NCBI GenBank assembly: GCA_973895155.1
Contig: OZ316899.1
Coordinates: 5,397,241 to 5,461,240 of the forward strand
Source of the DNA: Marsupella aquatica
Taxonomy: Eukaryota; Plantae; Marchantiophyta
DNA: 64,000 bases
Reading direction: 5' to 3'
The number at the start of each line of letters is the position of its first letter. Position 1 is the first letter of the stretch. Of the stretch, positions 50,960 to 63,195 are shown in pieces. A program made the translations under genes and the position numbers. The notes beneath the pieces were generated by a model that saw only the letters and a program-made list of their open reading frames with translations, was not told the origin of the DNA and searched no databases.

Positions 50960-53900
50960 ATGAGTACAGACGGTACTAACCCCAGAGAGAGAGAGATACG
51001 CTATCGAAATAGAGAAGAGAAGGAACGCCTTCAAGCCCAAGCACAAATTGCAGAGCAAAGGTCAACATCGGCCTCTATAGATCGAGGAAAGGCCCCTATC
51101 AATAGAGATAGTCCAGTTCCTTATGTTGATCTTACAAGATATGTACTAGGTGGTTCCATTGCTGAAAAGGAAAGAACGAAGGATGATTTCAATCGCCAAG
51201 GAATAACTGACTCAGAGATTCAGCCCGAATTTTTGACTGTAGCAGAAAAGGTGAGAAATTTAGAAGAATCCGTTACTCTTGATACAGATGTCCTCGATAG
51301 TAGTCCTAGAGTAGTAATTAGTTCTGCAATTAGAAATAATTCGTTGCCCCCGATTCCATTACGAATAGTCAATAGTCAAGTTCAGCAGCCTACTGTTAGA
51401 TTACTTAGTACTTCGGCATTTGCCATCATGACGACTTCTACTAGATTGAGATATACAGCTTTTAAAGGCAGAGGCCAGGACCCAGACGATTGGCTGGGTG
51501 AATTCTTGTCGACGGCCAAAACTAATAAGGAGAACACAGAGCCCGATCTCCTCCGAATTTTTGAAGGTCTGATGAAGAAAGAGGCCCATAAATTGTACAC
51601 CTTATCCCTCACTCCCACCATTCAGGGAAGTTGGTCGGACTTGCAAATCGCTTTTCAGAAAGAATTTCGAGAAGCAGGAGCGACTTCGAGGGTACTTGCT
51701 CGATTAAGGAGAATTCGCATGCGAAAGAAAGATACCTTAAGGACTTATTCTCAGGAGGTACGGAAATTGATTTTGAAATTAAGACCTTTACCCAGTGATG
51801 ACATGCAAACCGAATATTTTGTAGGAGGACTACCACATGAAATGAATCGGTATGTCAGACGAGCACACCCTGCCAACTTAGCAGCAACGATTGAGGCTGC
51901 ACACGAATTTGAGGATACTGAGATGTCCCAGCGTAAAGAGCTCAAGAAAGAGGAAAAACAAGAAAAGGAACGGGAAAAGAGGAAGCGAAAGAAGAAAAGA
52001 TCCGGTTTTAAAAAGAAGGACCTTACTTCTTCGTCCTCCTCATCCTCTTCCTCCTCAAGTTCTAGTTCAAGTTCCTCATCGCCTTCAACCTCTTCATCTT
52101 CAGATGATGACTCTAGTAGTAATAGGAAAAATCGGAAGAAAATATATCGTCCTAATAATGCATTGAAATCGCTTACAGGCGTGAAGAAAATGATTGATGA
52201 TCTTAGTGGCAAATTCAACAAGCTTTCGGTCAATTTGGCAGACAATCGTCCCAAATGAAGACCATTGCCCGTGCAAAGACCGAATGTTTGGTGTGCCCGT
52301 TGTGGAGAACGAGGCCACTACCCAGTGGAGTGTCCACATGTGGGGAGACAAGTGCATTACATGGCAGAAGAATGGGATGACCAAGGTTGCTATGATGTGG
52401 AACCTGAAGAGCTTGATTGGTACATGGTCAGTAGTCCTTCATTTCCAAGAAGACCCATGGCCCCATCAAGACAACCTATGGGTCGGGACATGGGGATGAA
52501 TACAATGGCCCGATCAATGACCATAAGACCACCAATCAAACCTCCCATGGATCCTCCTGGAGGATATCCTCCTTGCACACAGAGAATCCCAAGAACTTGC
52601 TATAATTGTGGGATCGCTGGCCATTATGCCCCTGATTGTCCATATCCAAAAGCTCCTTATCAATATACCCCTATCTGTGGAAACTGTGGGAGTGAGGGAC
52701 ATTTGCCCATTGAATGCCCAAAACCGGTTCAACCCAAACTAATGGTGAAATATGTTAAAGATCCAGAGAAGAAGGACGCTACGGAGGTACGGATGATTTT
52801 CCTCGAAGATACTCACCAGGTGATGGAGGAGGAGTTGAACGACGAGGAGGTTTCATCAGTCTATAGGGCTACTACTCGAAGTGCCAAGCGAAAAGCTGAG
52901 GAGACAAATCACCAAAGCGATAGTTTAACCTCAAAACTCGCTTCCGGTCATCAAGATACCTCAACCACTTCACGCAAGATCAAGGATAAGGCCAAGATCA
53001 ATGATTCACCGCTTGGGGGTAAGCAGGTAGAGGGCCTTCCCAAAGAGTTAGACCCTGCGTATGACAGGTACAACCCGAAGTATTTTATAAGAGATATATC
53101 ATCTGAAGCTAATGAATATATTAATCAAGAGATTAAAGCTAATGCACAAAATATTGCAGTGAAACCCAAGCATGTTTCCTTTGAGGATAAGCCAAATTTT
53201 CAGGGAGTTAGAGTAGATGAAAAATTAGGCTATGACATAGTTAAGGATGTGGCTAATGCTCAAGCAACAGTAACTTTTGGAGAATTGTTGAGAAATAATG
53301 CTTTGTATAGAAAACAGCTAAAACCGCTTCTTCGTTCTAGGCGTAGGAAATATAAAATGCCTCCGGTAGCCGTTAATTTTGCTGAAATAGAGGACTTTGG
53401 TGCCCCAAATGTTGAACTCCAAATCGACGGCTGTTTAGTTAGAAGTGTTCCTATTGATGGTGGTTCGGGAGTTAATATTATGATAGCACAAACTGCACGT
53501 TCGTTAGGATTTACTAAGTATGAATCAACACCTAGAGTCCTTAGGATGGCAGATCAATCTAGAGTTTTTCCATTAGGTAAATTAGGGAATATTGAAGTTT
53601 TAATTGGAGGCTTACCTTTTATTTTGAATTTTCTTGTTATTGATCCTCCCACTCAGTCAACTTTCCCTATTTTGTTAGGTCGCCCTTGGCTTTATAAAGC
53701 TAAGGTTAAAGTTAATTGGGCTAATAAAACATTTTCCTTTGGCTATCCTAAAGTCACGTTGTCCTGGGATAAGATCCAGCATTTGGGGGAAACTATGTCT
53801 TCAGACCCAGGTTATACGTCCGATAATAGTACCTCTACAGTTGATTCGCGGTGGGTGGATGCGATGATGAAGCTCAAGGAGGACGAATTCAGCTTTGAGG

Positions 53901-54094
53901 AGGACGTGCGCTACCTCGAAGTCTACACTTACGAAGATGCAGTACCAGCTGCGCATGTGAGGAAAGTAGACGAAGTTAGTACTTCCTCAAGGTCTGAACC
54001 ACTTGCCCCAAATCCTCAAGCGATGTTACCTCCTAAAGTAATTTTCAAACCAAAACCGATTGTCGAGATGCCAGAATCGGATTTGGATGAATAG
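50960..54094 (+). pseudogene. gag: Gypsy gag-protease with an in-frame stop at 52256-58
   Basis: Retrotrans-gag-like region, three CCHC knuckles, protease IDGGSGVN. ORFs 50960 and 52265 share a frame. Confidence 0.9.
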
Positions 54095-54166
54095 CAATCA
54101 CAGAAACCTAAGGAAGGGGAAGTAGCCTTAGGAAAAAGCTCTGCATATTTTCAAGAATCTGCTAGC

Positions 54167-56995
54167 ATGACTGAGGGTATGGTTAAAAAGAATCAATATG
54201 TTAAATTAGAATTAGAAAAGGATAAAACTTTTAACATAGGGAGAAATTTGGATGATGTTACCCAACAAGCATACAAGGATCTTTTATATGAATATAAAGA
54301 TATTTTTGCCTGGAGTCATCATGATTTAAAAGGAATTTCTTCTACTTTAGGTGAACACCATATAGATTTAGTAGAGGTGCTATACCCATTAGGCAGCGTC
54401 AGTATAGACTAAATCCCAAGTATTCCCTCATGGTTAAAATGGAATTAGATAAATTAAAAGAGGCTGGTTTTATTTACCCTGTCCTAAGTAGTGAATGGGT
54501 ATCGCCTATAGTTATAGTTCCAAAAAAAACCAGGGCCGGATGGGAAAGTAAAAATTAGAGTATGTCAGGATCATAGGAAATTAAACGCGGCCACTAAAAA
54601 GGATTTTCATCCCTTACCATTTACGGATACGATTCTAGATCAAGTGGCCGGTAAGGAATTGTATAGTTTTTTAGACGGGTTCTCAGGTTATAACCAGGTT
54701 TCTATTAGAAAATTGGATCAGTCTAAAACTACATTCACAACTGATTGGGGCACTTATGCATTTTCTCGCATGCCCTTTGGGTTGTGTAATGCCCCAACAA
54801 CTTTTCAAAGGCTAATGACTGTTATTTTTCAGGATTACCTGCGTGATTTCTTGGAGATTTTTATTGACGATTTTTGTGTTTTCAGCGGTGAAAAGGATCA
54901 TTTGGAGAAACTAAGGAAGACCTTTGCTAAGTGTCGTGAGGCTGGCTTGTGTTTGCACCCTGAAAAATGTTTCTTCGGGATGACAGAGGGTATTTTATTG
55001 GGTCATAAAATTTCTCAGAGAGGCATTGCTGTTGATCATGATAAAATTACAGTCATCCTTGCCTTAGAAGTGCCCACTAATTTGCGTGAGTTAAGGGGGT
55101 TTTTGGGGTATGTTGGGTATTATAGACGATTTATTGAGGGTTATTCTGTTCTCTCCACACCTCTTAATCAGCTTCTTAAAAAGGATGTGCCTTATGAGTG
55201 GAATGACGCACGAGACAATGCCTTCCTCACCCTCAAACATACGCTGACTGTAGCTCCAGTTCTTCTTCCTCCTAACTGGTCAAAAGAGTTTCATGTTTTC
55301 GTGGATACTTCTAAGTTTTGCATAGGGATTGAGTTGAGTCAGAAAGATGAGCGTGAAAAGCACCACCCTATTTACTTTGCCAGTCGTCAACTCAATAGTG
55401 CCGAGCGAAATTATTCCACCACTGAACGTGAAGCTCTGGGCATTGTTTTTTCTTGTAAAAAGTTACGTCACTACCTCCTTGGTTATGACACTATTTTTCA
55501 TACTGATCATAACTCTCTTAAGTATCTTTTTAATAAGGCAGATTTGTCAGGCCGAATTGCACGCTGGATTCTACTTCTTCAAGAATTCCGGTTTAAAGTG
55601 GAGGTGCGCCCTGGAAAAAGCCACGTCAATGCTGATTACTTATCTCGGTTGGAAGGAGAAGGTGATACCGAGGCAATTCCCGATGTGTTTCCTGATGAGG
55701 AGTTATTTCACATGGAGGGTGAACAATCGCTCTATGCTGAGATTGTTTCTTTTCTCATTACTGGTCGACCTCCTCAACACATGAATGCGGAGCAGCAGGC
55801 AGTTTTTGTACATAAGGCGGGACCTTACACCCTTATTAGAGGTGTGCTCCATAAAACCATGCCCGACCTTAAACTTAAGCGATGTTTGGAGACGCATGAG
55901 GTGTCCAGAGTGATTATTAGTGCATTGCATGAAGGGGATTCGGGTGGACATTTTGCTGTGGACACTACGGTGGCCAAAGTTTGTGATGCGGGATACTGGT
56001 GGCCCTCAATGCATAAGGACGTATTTGATTTCATTAAAGGGTGTGACCCTTGCCAACGCATGGGAAAACCTTTACTCAGTGGAAGATGGCCCTTAGTCCC
56101 CATAATGCCCTTAGCTCCCTTTGAAAAATGGGGCATTGATTTTGTGGGCCCCATACAACCAGTTACTCAACGAAGGAGGAATCGCTACATCATAGTGGCA
56201 ACCGATTATGCCACCAAGTGGGTGGAAGCCCAAGCAGTACGGAAGGATGATGCAACTGTTACAACACTTTTTCTTTTTGATAATATTATCACTCGCTATG
56301 GGTGTCCCTTAGAGTTGGTTAGTGATAGAGGCACTCACTTCCTAAATAGCACTATAGAACTGCTCACCACCACTTATCTGATCAAACACCGCAAAACTAC
56401 TCCCTATAACCCTAAGGCAAACGGTTTGACGGAGAGGGCTAATGGCATCATTTGTAAAATCCTCACAAAATTTGTTTCTGCACATAAGAGTGATTGGGAC
56501 ATGAAGTTAGCATCTGCACTATGGGCGTATAGAACTGCACAAAAGATCACCACAAAAAGAACTCCTTTTTATATGGTTTATGGGATGGACTCTATTGTTC
56601 CTATAGAGTTCAGTTTGCCCACTGCACGAATTTTGGAAGATAGACGTTTACCCCCTGAAGAAAGTCAATTAATTAGACCAGCTGAATTAGAACACTTGGA
56701 GGAAAATCGTCTTTATGCACTCACACACACTCATGTTCAGCAAGCACGTAGGAAGATGAATTATGATAAGAAGTTGAAGCCAACAACCATTAAGGCAGGA
56801 GATTTAGTTTTATTATATGACAATCGTTATTTGAAGTTTCCAGGGAAACTCCACACTAGGTGGGGGGGTCCCTATGTAGTTAAGAATGTTTGGCCTAATG
56901 GTAGTTTACAACTTACCACTACTGATGGAGAAGAGTTAATTACTAGAGTCAATGGCCATAGAGTAAAAAAATACATGGCTCAGCCATTGGAGTAG
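54167..56995 (+). pseudogene. pol: Gypsy pol RT-RNase H-integrase, 5' frameshifts
   Basis: FLDGFSGYNQ, FIDDF, VFVDTS, H..GGH..CDPC, WGIDFVGP, SDRGTHF, GPY motif; no chromodomain. Confidence 0.95.
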
Positions 56996-57413
56996 GGTTG
57001 TGAGGTCACTCCCTTATTTAAGGAGGGGATGGCTGCGTAGAGATTAGTTGATGATATAAGTTAAGATAACCATTTTAGGTTAAATTTTTTATTTTTTGAG
57101 CTCTCTCAACCACATACCTAGGGAAAATGGGAAAATGATTAAGAGAAGGCTGAATTATTTTTCAACTTTGAAAACGGTTCGATTCGGCGGCAAAGAGGAC
57201 TACATGTACTGGAAGCGAGTACATGGAGGGCAAACGGATACTTCACACCGGCTATCAACGAATCGTTCTTGGAAGAAGATTGGCAAACGCAAGAAGCAGA
57301 GTGCGAAGAGCAATCGGGCCTGAACATTGAGTGCGCGAGACAGACGGAGGCCAGGAGCAAGGTGAGCTATTGGTATAGTTGAGGCGCCCATCGGAAGCGA
57401 AGTTCGAGCAGCA

Positions 57414-59156
57414 ATGGTGAAGGAGAAGACGATCGTGATGCCTCCTGAATCTGAGATGGCCAGCAACCGAGAGAATTACAAGAAGGTGGGCATCGATTCA
57501 TTGGCTGACTTCCTCTGGGTGATCAACAATGTGAAGATGGTGGACGAAATACGCCTGCGGAATAAACGTGGGAAGAACGTGACTGCCCGATCGGATTACA
57601 CGGCAATTATTGAGCAAACGATGGCGGATTGCTATGGCGTTTCTTCGGTTGGCCTGATTGCAGAAGATTTCACCTCCTCTCGATTGTTTCATGACATTTG
57701 CGAGGACCAATTCTCTGTTGAGTTTGCGAAGGAAGGTTATACACCGAACTCAGCAAAGGATCCAGCACTTCGAGCAATCCTTCGCTTCATTGTACCAATT
57801 TTGACACCCGATAAGCCCAGACGTATTGCAGGCAAGTTGGCTGCCATGATTGTCACCGCCTACGTTAAAGGTAAACCAATCAATTGGGCTTGCGTGCTCT
57901 TAGATTCGTTTCAGCTGAGATGCAAGAAAGTGAAGGATGGAATCGATTTGTTTGTGGCGCCCATGTTGTTTCATTTGTACAAGTTTGAGAAGAAGCTTTC
58001 GACAGTAGAGTTACAGTCCTATGAAGAAGCAGAAGCGAATAGAGCCCTTATTGAAGACCCATCCTCCAAAGATGAAGACAGTGAGACAGACGAGGACGAC
58101 GTTGTTGAGATGCCTGTCAAAATTGAGGTTCAGGCATCCCCGGTGCGAGTGTTGAGGGGTCGACCACGAGGTTCAACATCAATCAAGAAACCTCAAGAAA
58201 CCTATGTTATTCAGGTGGATTCGGATGATCCTTTGTGTCCCTTGGAAAAACGACTGCACACCACTATGGATGATTTTTGCAGAGCTAATTCTGTCAATGC
58301 TGGTTTGATTAATCAGCTACACGCTAAGTTTTCTTGTTCAGGAGATGCTTTATTTGCTAAGATCGAAGATTTACACTCCTCTTCTACACGAATCGATCAA
58401 GAAAGGAAACAGTGGAGATTGGAGAAACGTGAGCTTGAAAAACGATTGAAGGAGTTGCTCCATGGCTCAGTTTTACCAGCAATTCAGCAATCGGTTCAGA
58501 CACTCTCTTCTGCCGCAACTGGAATGGCTCTCTCTGTTACTGATACTCTTCAGCTTGCTGCATTGACGTCTGAAGGATGGAAAAACGACAGCAAAAATTT
58601 GGCAAAAATTGCTTTGGCAATTACCAACCAGAAGAATTTGTTGGACAGGAAGTATGAATCGATTCTGAAATTGATTGGAGATTTGCAAAAGTATACTGAA
58701 AATCATTTGGAATTCTGTTCAGGCTTTACACCTGACCAAGGAACTCCAACCGACCTACCACAAGGAGCACCTCATGGCTCGAAGGAGGACAAATCAACTG
58801 CCATTGCTCCCTGTGAGAAGGATGTTGATCGAAAATCGAGTGTGGGTCCAACCTTAATCACGACATCAGAGGATCTTGCTTCCCACACAGTTTCTACTGA
58901 TCAACGCCAGGCAATTTCTGTAATTGAGGCCGCTTGTCTTCTAGTTCCTACCCCTAAACAGCAGTCACCACTTTCTAATGTCTATGACGATTTTTCCAAC
59001 ACTGCCCTATTACGATCCATGACTACTCCCACCACAGATTTAATAGCACAGGCTAATTTACAGGTGGAAGTTGACGTAGTTGAATCAGACACTGAGTCTG
59101 AAGCAGTGACTCAGACCCGACTTCCAAAGAAGAAGAAACTGAAGCGCAAGCACTAG
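57414..59156 (+). CDS. Extra 3' ORF of the Gypsy (580 aa), probably nuclear and not an envelope protein
   Basis: Intact ORF between pol and the 3' LTR. AT-hook-like RGRPRG, coiled-coil segment, C-terminal basic PKKKKLKRKH; no obvious signal peptide or transmembrane helix. Confidence 0.85.
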   Translation: MVKEKTIVMPPESEMASNRENYKKVGIDSLADFLWVINNVKMVDEIRLRNKRGKNVTARSDYTAIIEQTMADCYGVSSVGLIAEDFTSSRLFHDICEDQFSVEFAKEGYTPNSAKDPALRAILRFIVPILTPDKPRRIAGKLAAMIVTAYVKGKPINWACVLLDSFQLRCKKVKDGIDLFVAPMLFHLYKFEKKLSTVELQSYEEAEANRALIEDPSSKDEDSETDEDDVVEMPVKIEVQASPVRVLRGRPRGSTSIKKPQETYVIQVDSDDPLCPLEKRLHTTMDDFCRANSVNAGLINQLHAKFSCSGDALFAKIEDLHSSSTRIDQERKQWRLEKRELEKRLKELLHGSVLPAIQQSVQTLSSAATGMALSVTDTLQLAALTSEGWKNDSKNLAKIALAITNQKNLLDRKYESILKLIGDLQKYTENHLEFCSGFTPDQGTPTDLPQGAPHGSKEDKSTAIAPCEKDVDRKSSVGPTLITTSEDLASHTVSTDQRQAISVIEAACLLVPTPKQQSPLSNVYDDFSNTALLRSMTTPTTDLIAQANLQVEVDVVESDTESEAVTQTRLPKKKKLKRKH

Positions 59157-59240
59157 GAGGCAGCTTTTGAGTTTCCAGCGCAGTTAGTGGAAGTATGAGC
59201 ATTTTCCTTGGATACTTCCTGTTCGCGAGGTCGCTTCACA

Positions 59241-59256
59241 TTTAAGGAGGGGATTA
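59241..59256 (+). promoter_or_regulatory. Polypurine tract, with a second copy near 57017
   Basis: TTTAAGGAGGGGAT abuts the 3' LTR and recurs just after the pol stop. Confidence 0.85.
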
Positions 59257-60240
59257 TGTGGAAAGCCTTTTCTGAGGAAGTGTTCTAAAGGAGTATTCAA
59301 TCTACATTTTTCAAACCTTTTGAAACCTTTTAAGCGACAAATGAAGTTATTTACAGAAGACGAAGGAGTTAAAGCTCTAAAACTGCTTTCACATTGAAGG
59401 ATCCTTTTTAATCGACAATTGCTTTTACATCGGAAGAATTGTTCAGGCGTTTTTAGTTGGATTTTGATTCAACTTCTCTTAAACCGTTTTCCCTCTCCCT
59501 TTTTCTACCCGAGCTCATTAGATAGAACTTAGTTTAGCCAAAACTACTTTAGTTATCATTAGGCGATTTAATTTAGGAAAGTAGTTCAAACCACTTACCT
59601 CTTCAGATCTTCCATCAGTAGTTAGTTTTTAGGTAGTTAGAAAACCTTTTCAGATCTCTTTGATCTGTGAGGGAGTATTACAATTGAACTCCCAGGCAAA
59701 TTTGCCTTGTCATTTTTCTTTGGAAACGGTTTGTGACCAAGTATGGGTCTTTTCCTCGTGCCAAATTGGGCGTAGGAGGGAGAATCGTTGAATAAGAAAA
59801 TGCACCATTAAAATTTCACTATTGTTCATGAATTCCTCATTACTTTCTCGTAAACTTTGGAATGGGTGAACATCTTTTAAGAAAACGTTTCTTGAGTTTT
59901 GCATGGAAAATATGAGTAAATTCTGAAATCTAGAGTTTAGAGAATTGTAATGACACTCCTAATGTAAAACCGATCTCTATGGAGTATATGGAATTTAGGA
60001 GTGAAATGAAAATCAAACTTCTATGGAGAAAGAACGATAATCAGAGAGATTCCATACCAAAACAATTAAACAGAAATATGTTATATGTCTTTTAGCAAGT
60101 ATGATAAAATAGAGATCCTTTAAGATCTCAAAAACAGTAATACCATCATAAATCGATTTCCTTTATTCCTTACGGGAACGAATTCGAGTTTCTAAGATAC
60201 ATTTTATACAAGTTTCATCTAAAACACTTACCACAGATTG

Positions 60241-62470
60241 CATATGATACCTGTGTCACTTGCCAATACTATTGTGGCAAGTTGGAAGGGAGTTGTTGAG
60301 ATAAGTTGGGCCTTGTTGCTAAGACGGGTTATTTTATCTCAAGTAAAGAAGGTGAAAATGGATGAGTTCACTACTCTCCCTGCTTATCTTTGCCAGTTGT
60401 ATTTTCATGGGAATTGCTTACTTCCAGGCGAACAAGAGGAGCGGATCAGACTGCTTGATGAATTTGATTTTAGTGAATCAAGAAACGAGGATACTGAAGG
60501 AGAAGATGCTGATGAAGCTCAACCAGAGATCACCCCACCTATTTTTTTAGAGGTTTCCCCTCTTGCCCATAGAGAACCACTTGTGGAACCCAGAAGTACC
60601 TCTTCACCAATTTCTGATAATCCTCTATCCCCTTTTGAAGATCTCAATCAGGATAGAAGACTTTACACCCCCCTCAACTCCAATATCAATGAGTATGCAT
60701 CTGAACCAGTGGGAATATCCCCACCTCCTGTACGTGTAGTTGACATATCTGTCCCTATTACTCTTCAATCACCTATAGTTCCAACTCAGAACATATCCGT
60801 AGACAGCTTGACCCCTTCTATGAGATCCCGTAAGAGACCCTTCATGTTCAGCAAACCAACGGTTGATGAACTGAGAGTAGAATTTAATCAGCAAATTGTT
60901 GATAAGTTAAGCAACTTATTGATCTGTGAACCTAAAGAGATAGTTGACTCTATTGAGAGGTTAAGAGCAGCCTCTGTAACTCTGCCTGAACCTAGTAGTC
61001 CCAACTCTCCATACTCTCCAACCCAAGGTCCTACTCAGTTCTATTCCGAGGTGATGGAGCTATTTCGACTCGCACCATCTACCTCCAATATTAAGGTTAC
61101 AAATATTACTGAGGCTGAATCGATGGAGGAGAATGATACATCACCCAGGTTAGAACTCCAACAGACACTATCTGCTTCTCTAGGTCATTCTACTGAACAC
61201 TATTTTGCTCTTGTCAATAAAATGACCGACATGCTTGAATGTGATGAGAGACACTTAATTGATATCTTAGATGATCTTATGCATAAGACATCAGCTCTAC
61301 TTACCCGAGATCATCATCAAGAATATTGTGAGGATTTAGTCCACAGACTTACACAGATCTTTGGATGCAACACCAAGCAAGTCTATAATGCAATTCGTTA
61401 TCATACCTCAGCATCTGGCTCTCCCATTTACTATTCTTCCCCTCCTTCTAGTCATTCACCTACTTTTCCTTACAGTCCTTCAAATCAACCAGACCGGCTC
61501 TATCCTAGTTTTCCAGAACCTAAGATCACCCTACAGGTGAACATCTTGCCATTTCTTATCCTGACACTCTTCCACCCAGTCAAGATAAGTCATGTCAAGT
61601 CAATTTTATTCCTACCCTACATATTTACCCTAAGACTCCTCAGGAGAGTATCAAACAGTTTGCTGAATTTGTCAGAGTTTCAGACCTTAGAACTTCTCTC
61701 ATCTTAGAGTTTTGGCAGTACTATCATAAGAAGAGAGTTGAATGTCTCTATATCCTGAAACTTCATTTAAAGGATGTCACCCGCTTAGAGATAGCAGAGA
61801 TGGATGAGATTTGGATAGAAGCTTAATATTTTTGCCCTATTCTTGCTGTCATGATCCTGGTTGGACATATTGTGCTAGAGAATGGAGATATGGCTTTGGC
61901 ATATTTTGGAAACTTACCTGCTTTTGTCTTGGAATTCATCATCAACTTTCTGAGGCAAACCAGCAAAAGATATCAAGTCAACCATGGTGCCCTTTGAAAG
62001 GAGCCTTTGTTGTTCAGCAGTTCATTACATCGGTTGTTGAGAGTCAGAGAATCTGGAACAACATTACTTCCCAACGGTTGGCTAATTACACCCTAAAGTG
62101 GCGGGAACTGTTACCTAGTGTTACTCCAGTTCTGTTGCTTGCCAAGGACTCCGACACCTTCATCAACAAGTTTCCACGTAACTATCATACCACTTGTTGT
62201 AGTTATGAACTGGTTGACATCTACATGCAAGCTAGTAAGGTGAACACTATGTTCCACATGAGACTACTTCCTGTTTTAAATGTTGAACGACAAATCAGGT
62301 CTCTTCCTTTTGCTCGACATGATACTCAAGTTATGGATTTCCTTCAAGAAGTGATTCGGACAGAGACATTCAAGAATTTTCACAACATTCAAGAATTTTC
62401 AACCACCGGACCAGACAGCACTGCTTCAAGAAGATTGACCTACTCCGTCTTTCAAATCAAGATCAGTTGA
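60241..62470 (+). pseudogene. Remainder of the LTR-encoded protein (N-terminus at ~48879-49320)
   Basis: HMIPVSLANTIVASWKG continues the ILHP.. sequence cut by the Gypsy insertion, as in copy A. Confidence 0.82.
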
Positions 62471-63195
62471 TCTCTGAAATAGTTAAAGTAGTTAGAAAAG
62501 TCTCATACTTTTCCAGGAGGTAGCCCTTACGTAGTAGAACCAACCCTGAAAGTATCGGCTTAAATCGACATGTAGTTTAGAAATTATTAACATTTAAGTT
62601 TTGTTGTAGCTTGAGTGCGCAAAGGCGCAACGACGCTACAATGCCAAAGCGCGAAGTCGCAACGCAGCTTCCGACACTTTGAAATTTTTTCGGAAAAATG
62701 TGTTTTATATTTAACAACAATTTTCATAGATTTTATTAAGGCACTTAGATACCTCATAAAAGTCTGAAATTTTGCAAGCATGTAGCATGTATGTAAATCT
62801 TCCACCTAGAAAAGTTTCACCCTATTCTGACTTTTATGTTAGAAATTAAAATTCAGACAAAGTTGCTATTTGTTAGTTTTATCTCAAAAGTGCAAAAACA
62901 CTTCATTCCAGATAACACTAAGGATCATTTTTGATTAGTTTTTGATTCCAGGAGCATTCTAGTGAACCTTGAGTACTCTTATAGCATATTTTCATACTTT
63001 TTACTTTAGTTTATGACCCTTAAGATATGAAAGGGCATGTCCTTTCATTATCTCTTTTTCATTTGGTTCCTGCTAGCCTATATGTAGTTGAATTTTTGTC
63101 ACTTTTAGTGTGAAGAAATTTCATGAGCGCTGAGTTGCAAGATTGCAACTATGTTACCTCCATCTTGTAAAGAGAACTCCATTGCATATGAGTAC

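Larger units (their letters stand above)
49321..60235 (+). mobile_element. Full-length non-chromovirus Ty3/Gypsy (Athila-like) retrotransposon
   Basis: LTRs 49321-50298 and 59257-60235 (TGTGG..CCACA; only ~6-7 substitutions and 1 indel seen by eye); TSD GATTG. Confidence 0.97.
48472..63195 (+). mobile_element. ORF-containing LTR copy B, split by the Gypsy and cut off by a Copia at 63196
   Basis: Starts TGTAGTAGTTGTCTAAATTAG, matching the copy A terminus. Homology resumes right after the Gypsy TSD and runs to 63195. Confidence 0.88.

Noticed and set aside
51751-52254. Antisense ORFs over gag, and many other short ORFs in the track
   Set aside because: Shadow frames of low-complexity or transposon coding sequence.
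52256-52258. Programmed stop-codon readthrough in gag
   Set aside because: The stop lies before the zinc knuckles and is simply explained by CGA>TGA; the element has other lesions.
57414-59156. env gene
   Set aside because: The position fits, but there is no signal peptide or transmembrane segment, and it has NLS- and AT-hook-like motifs.
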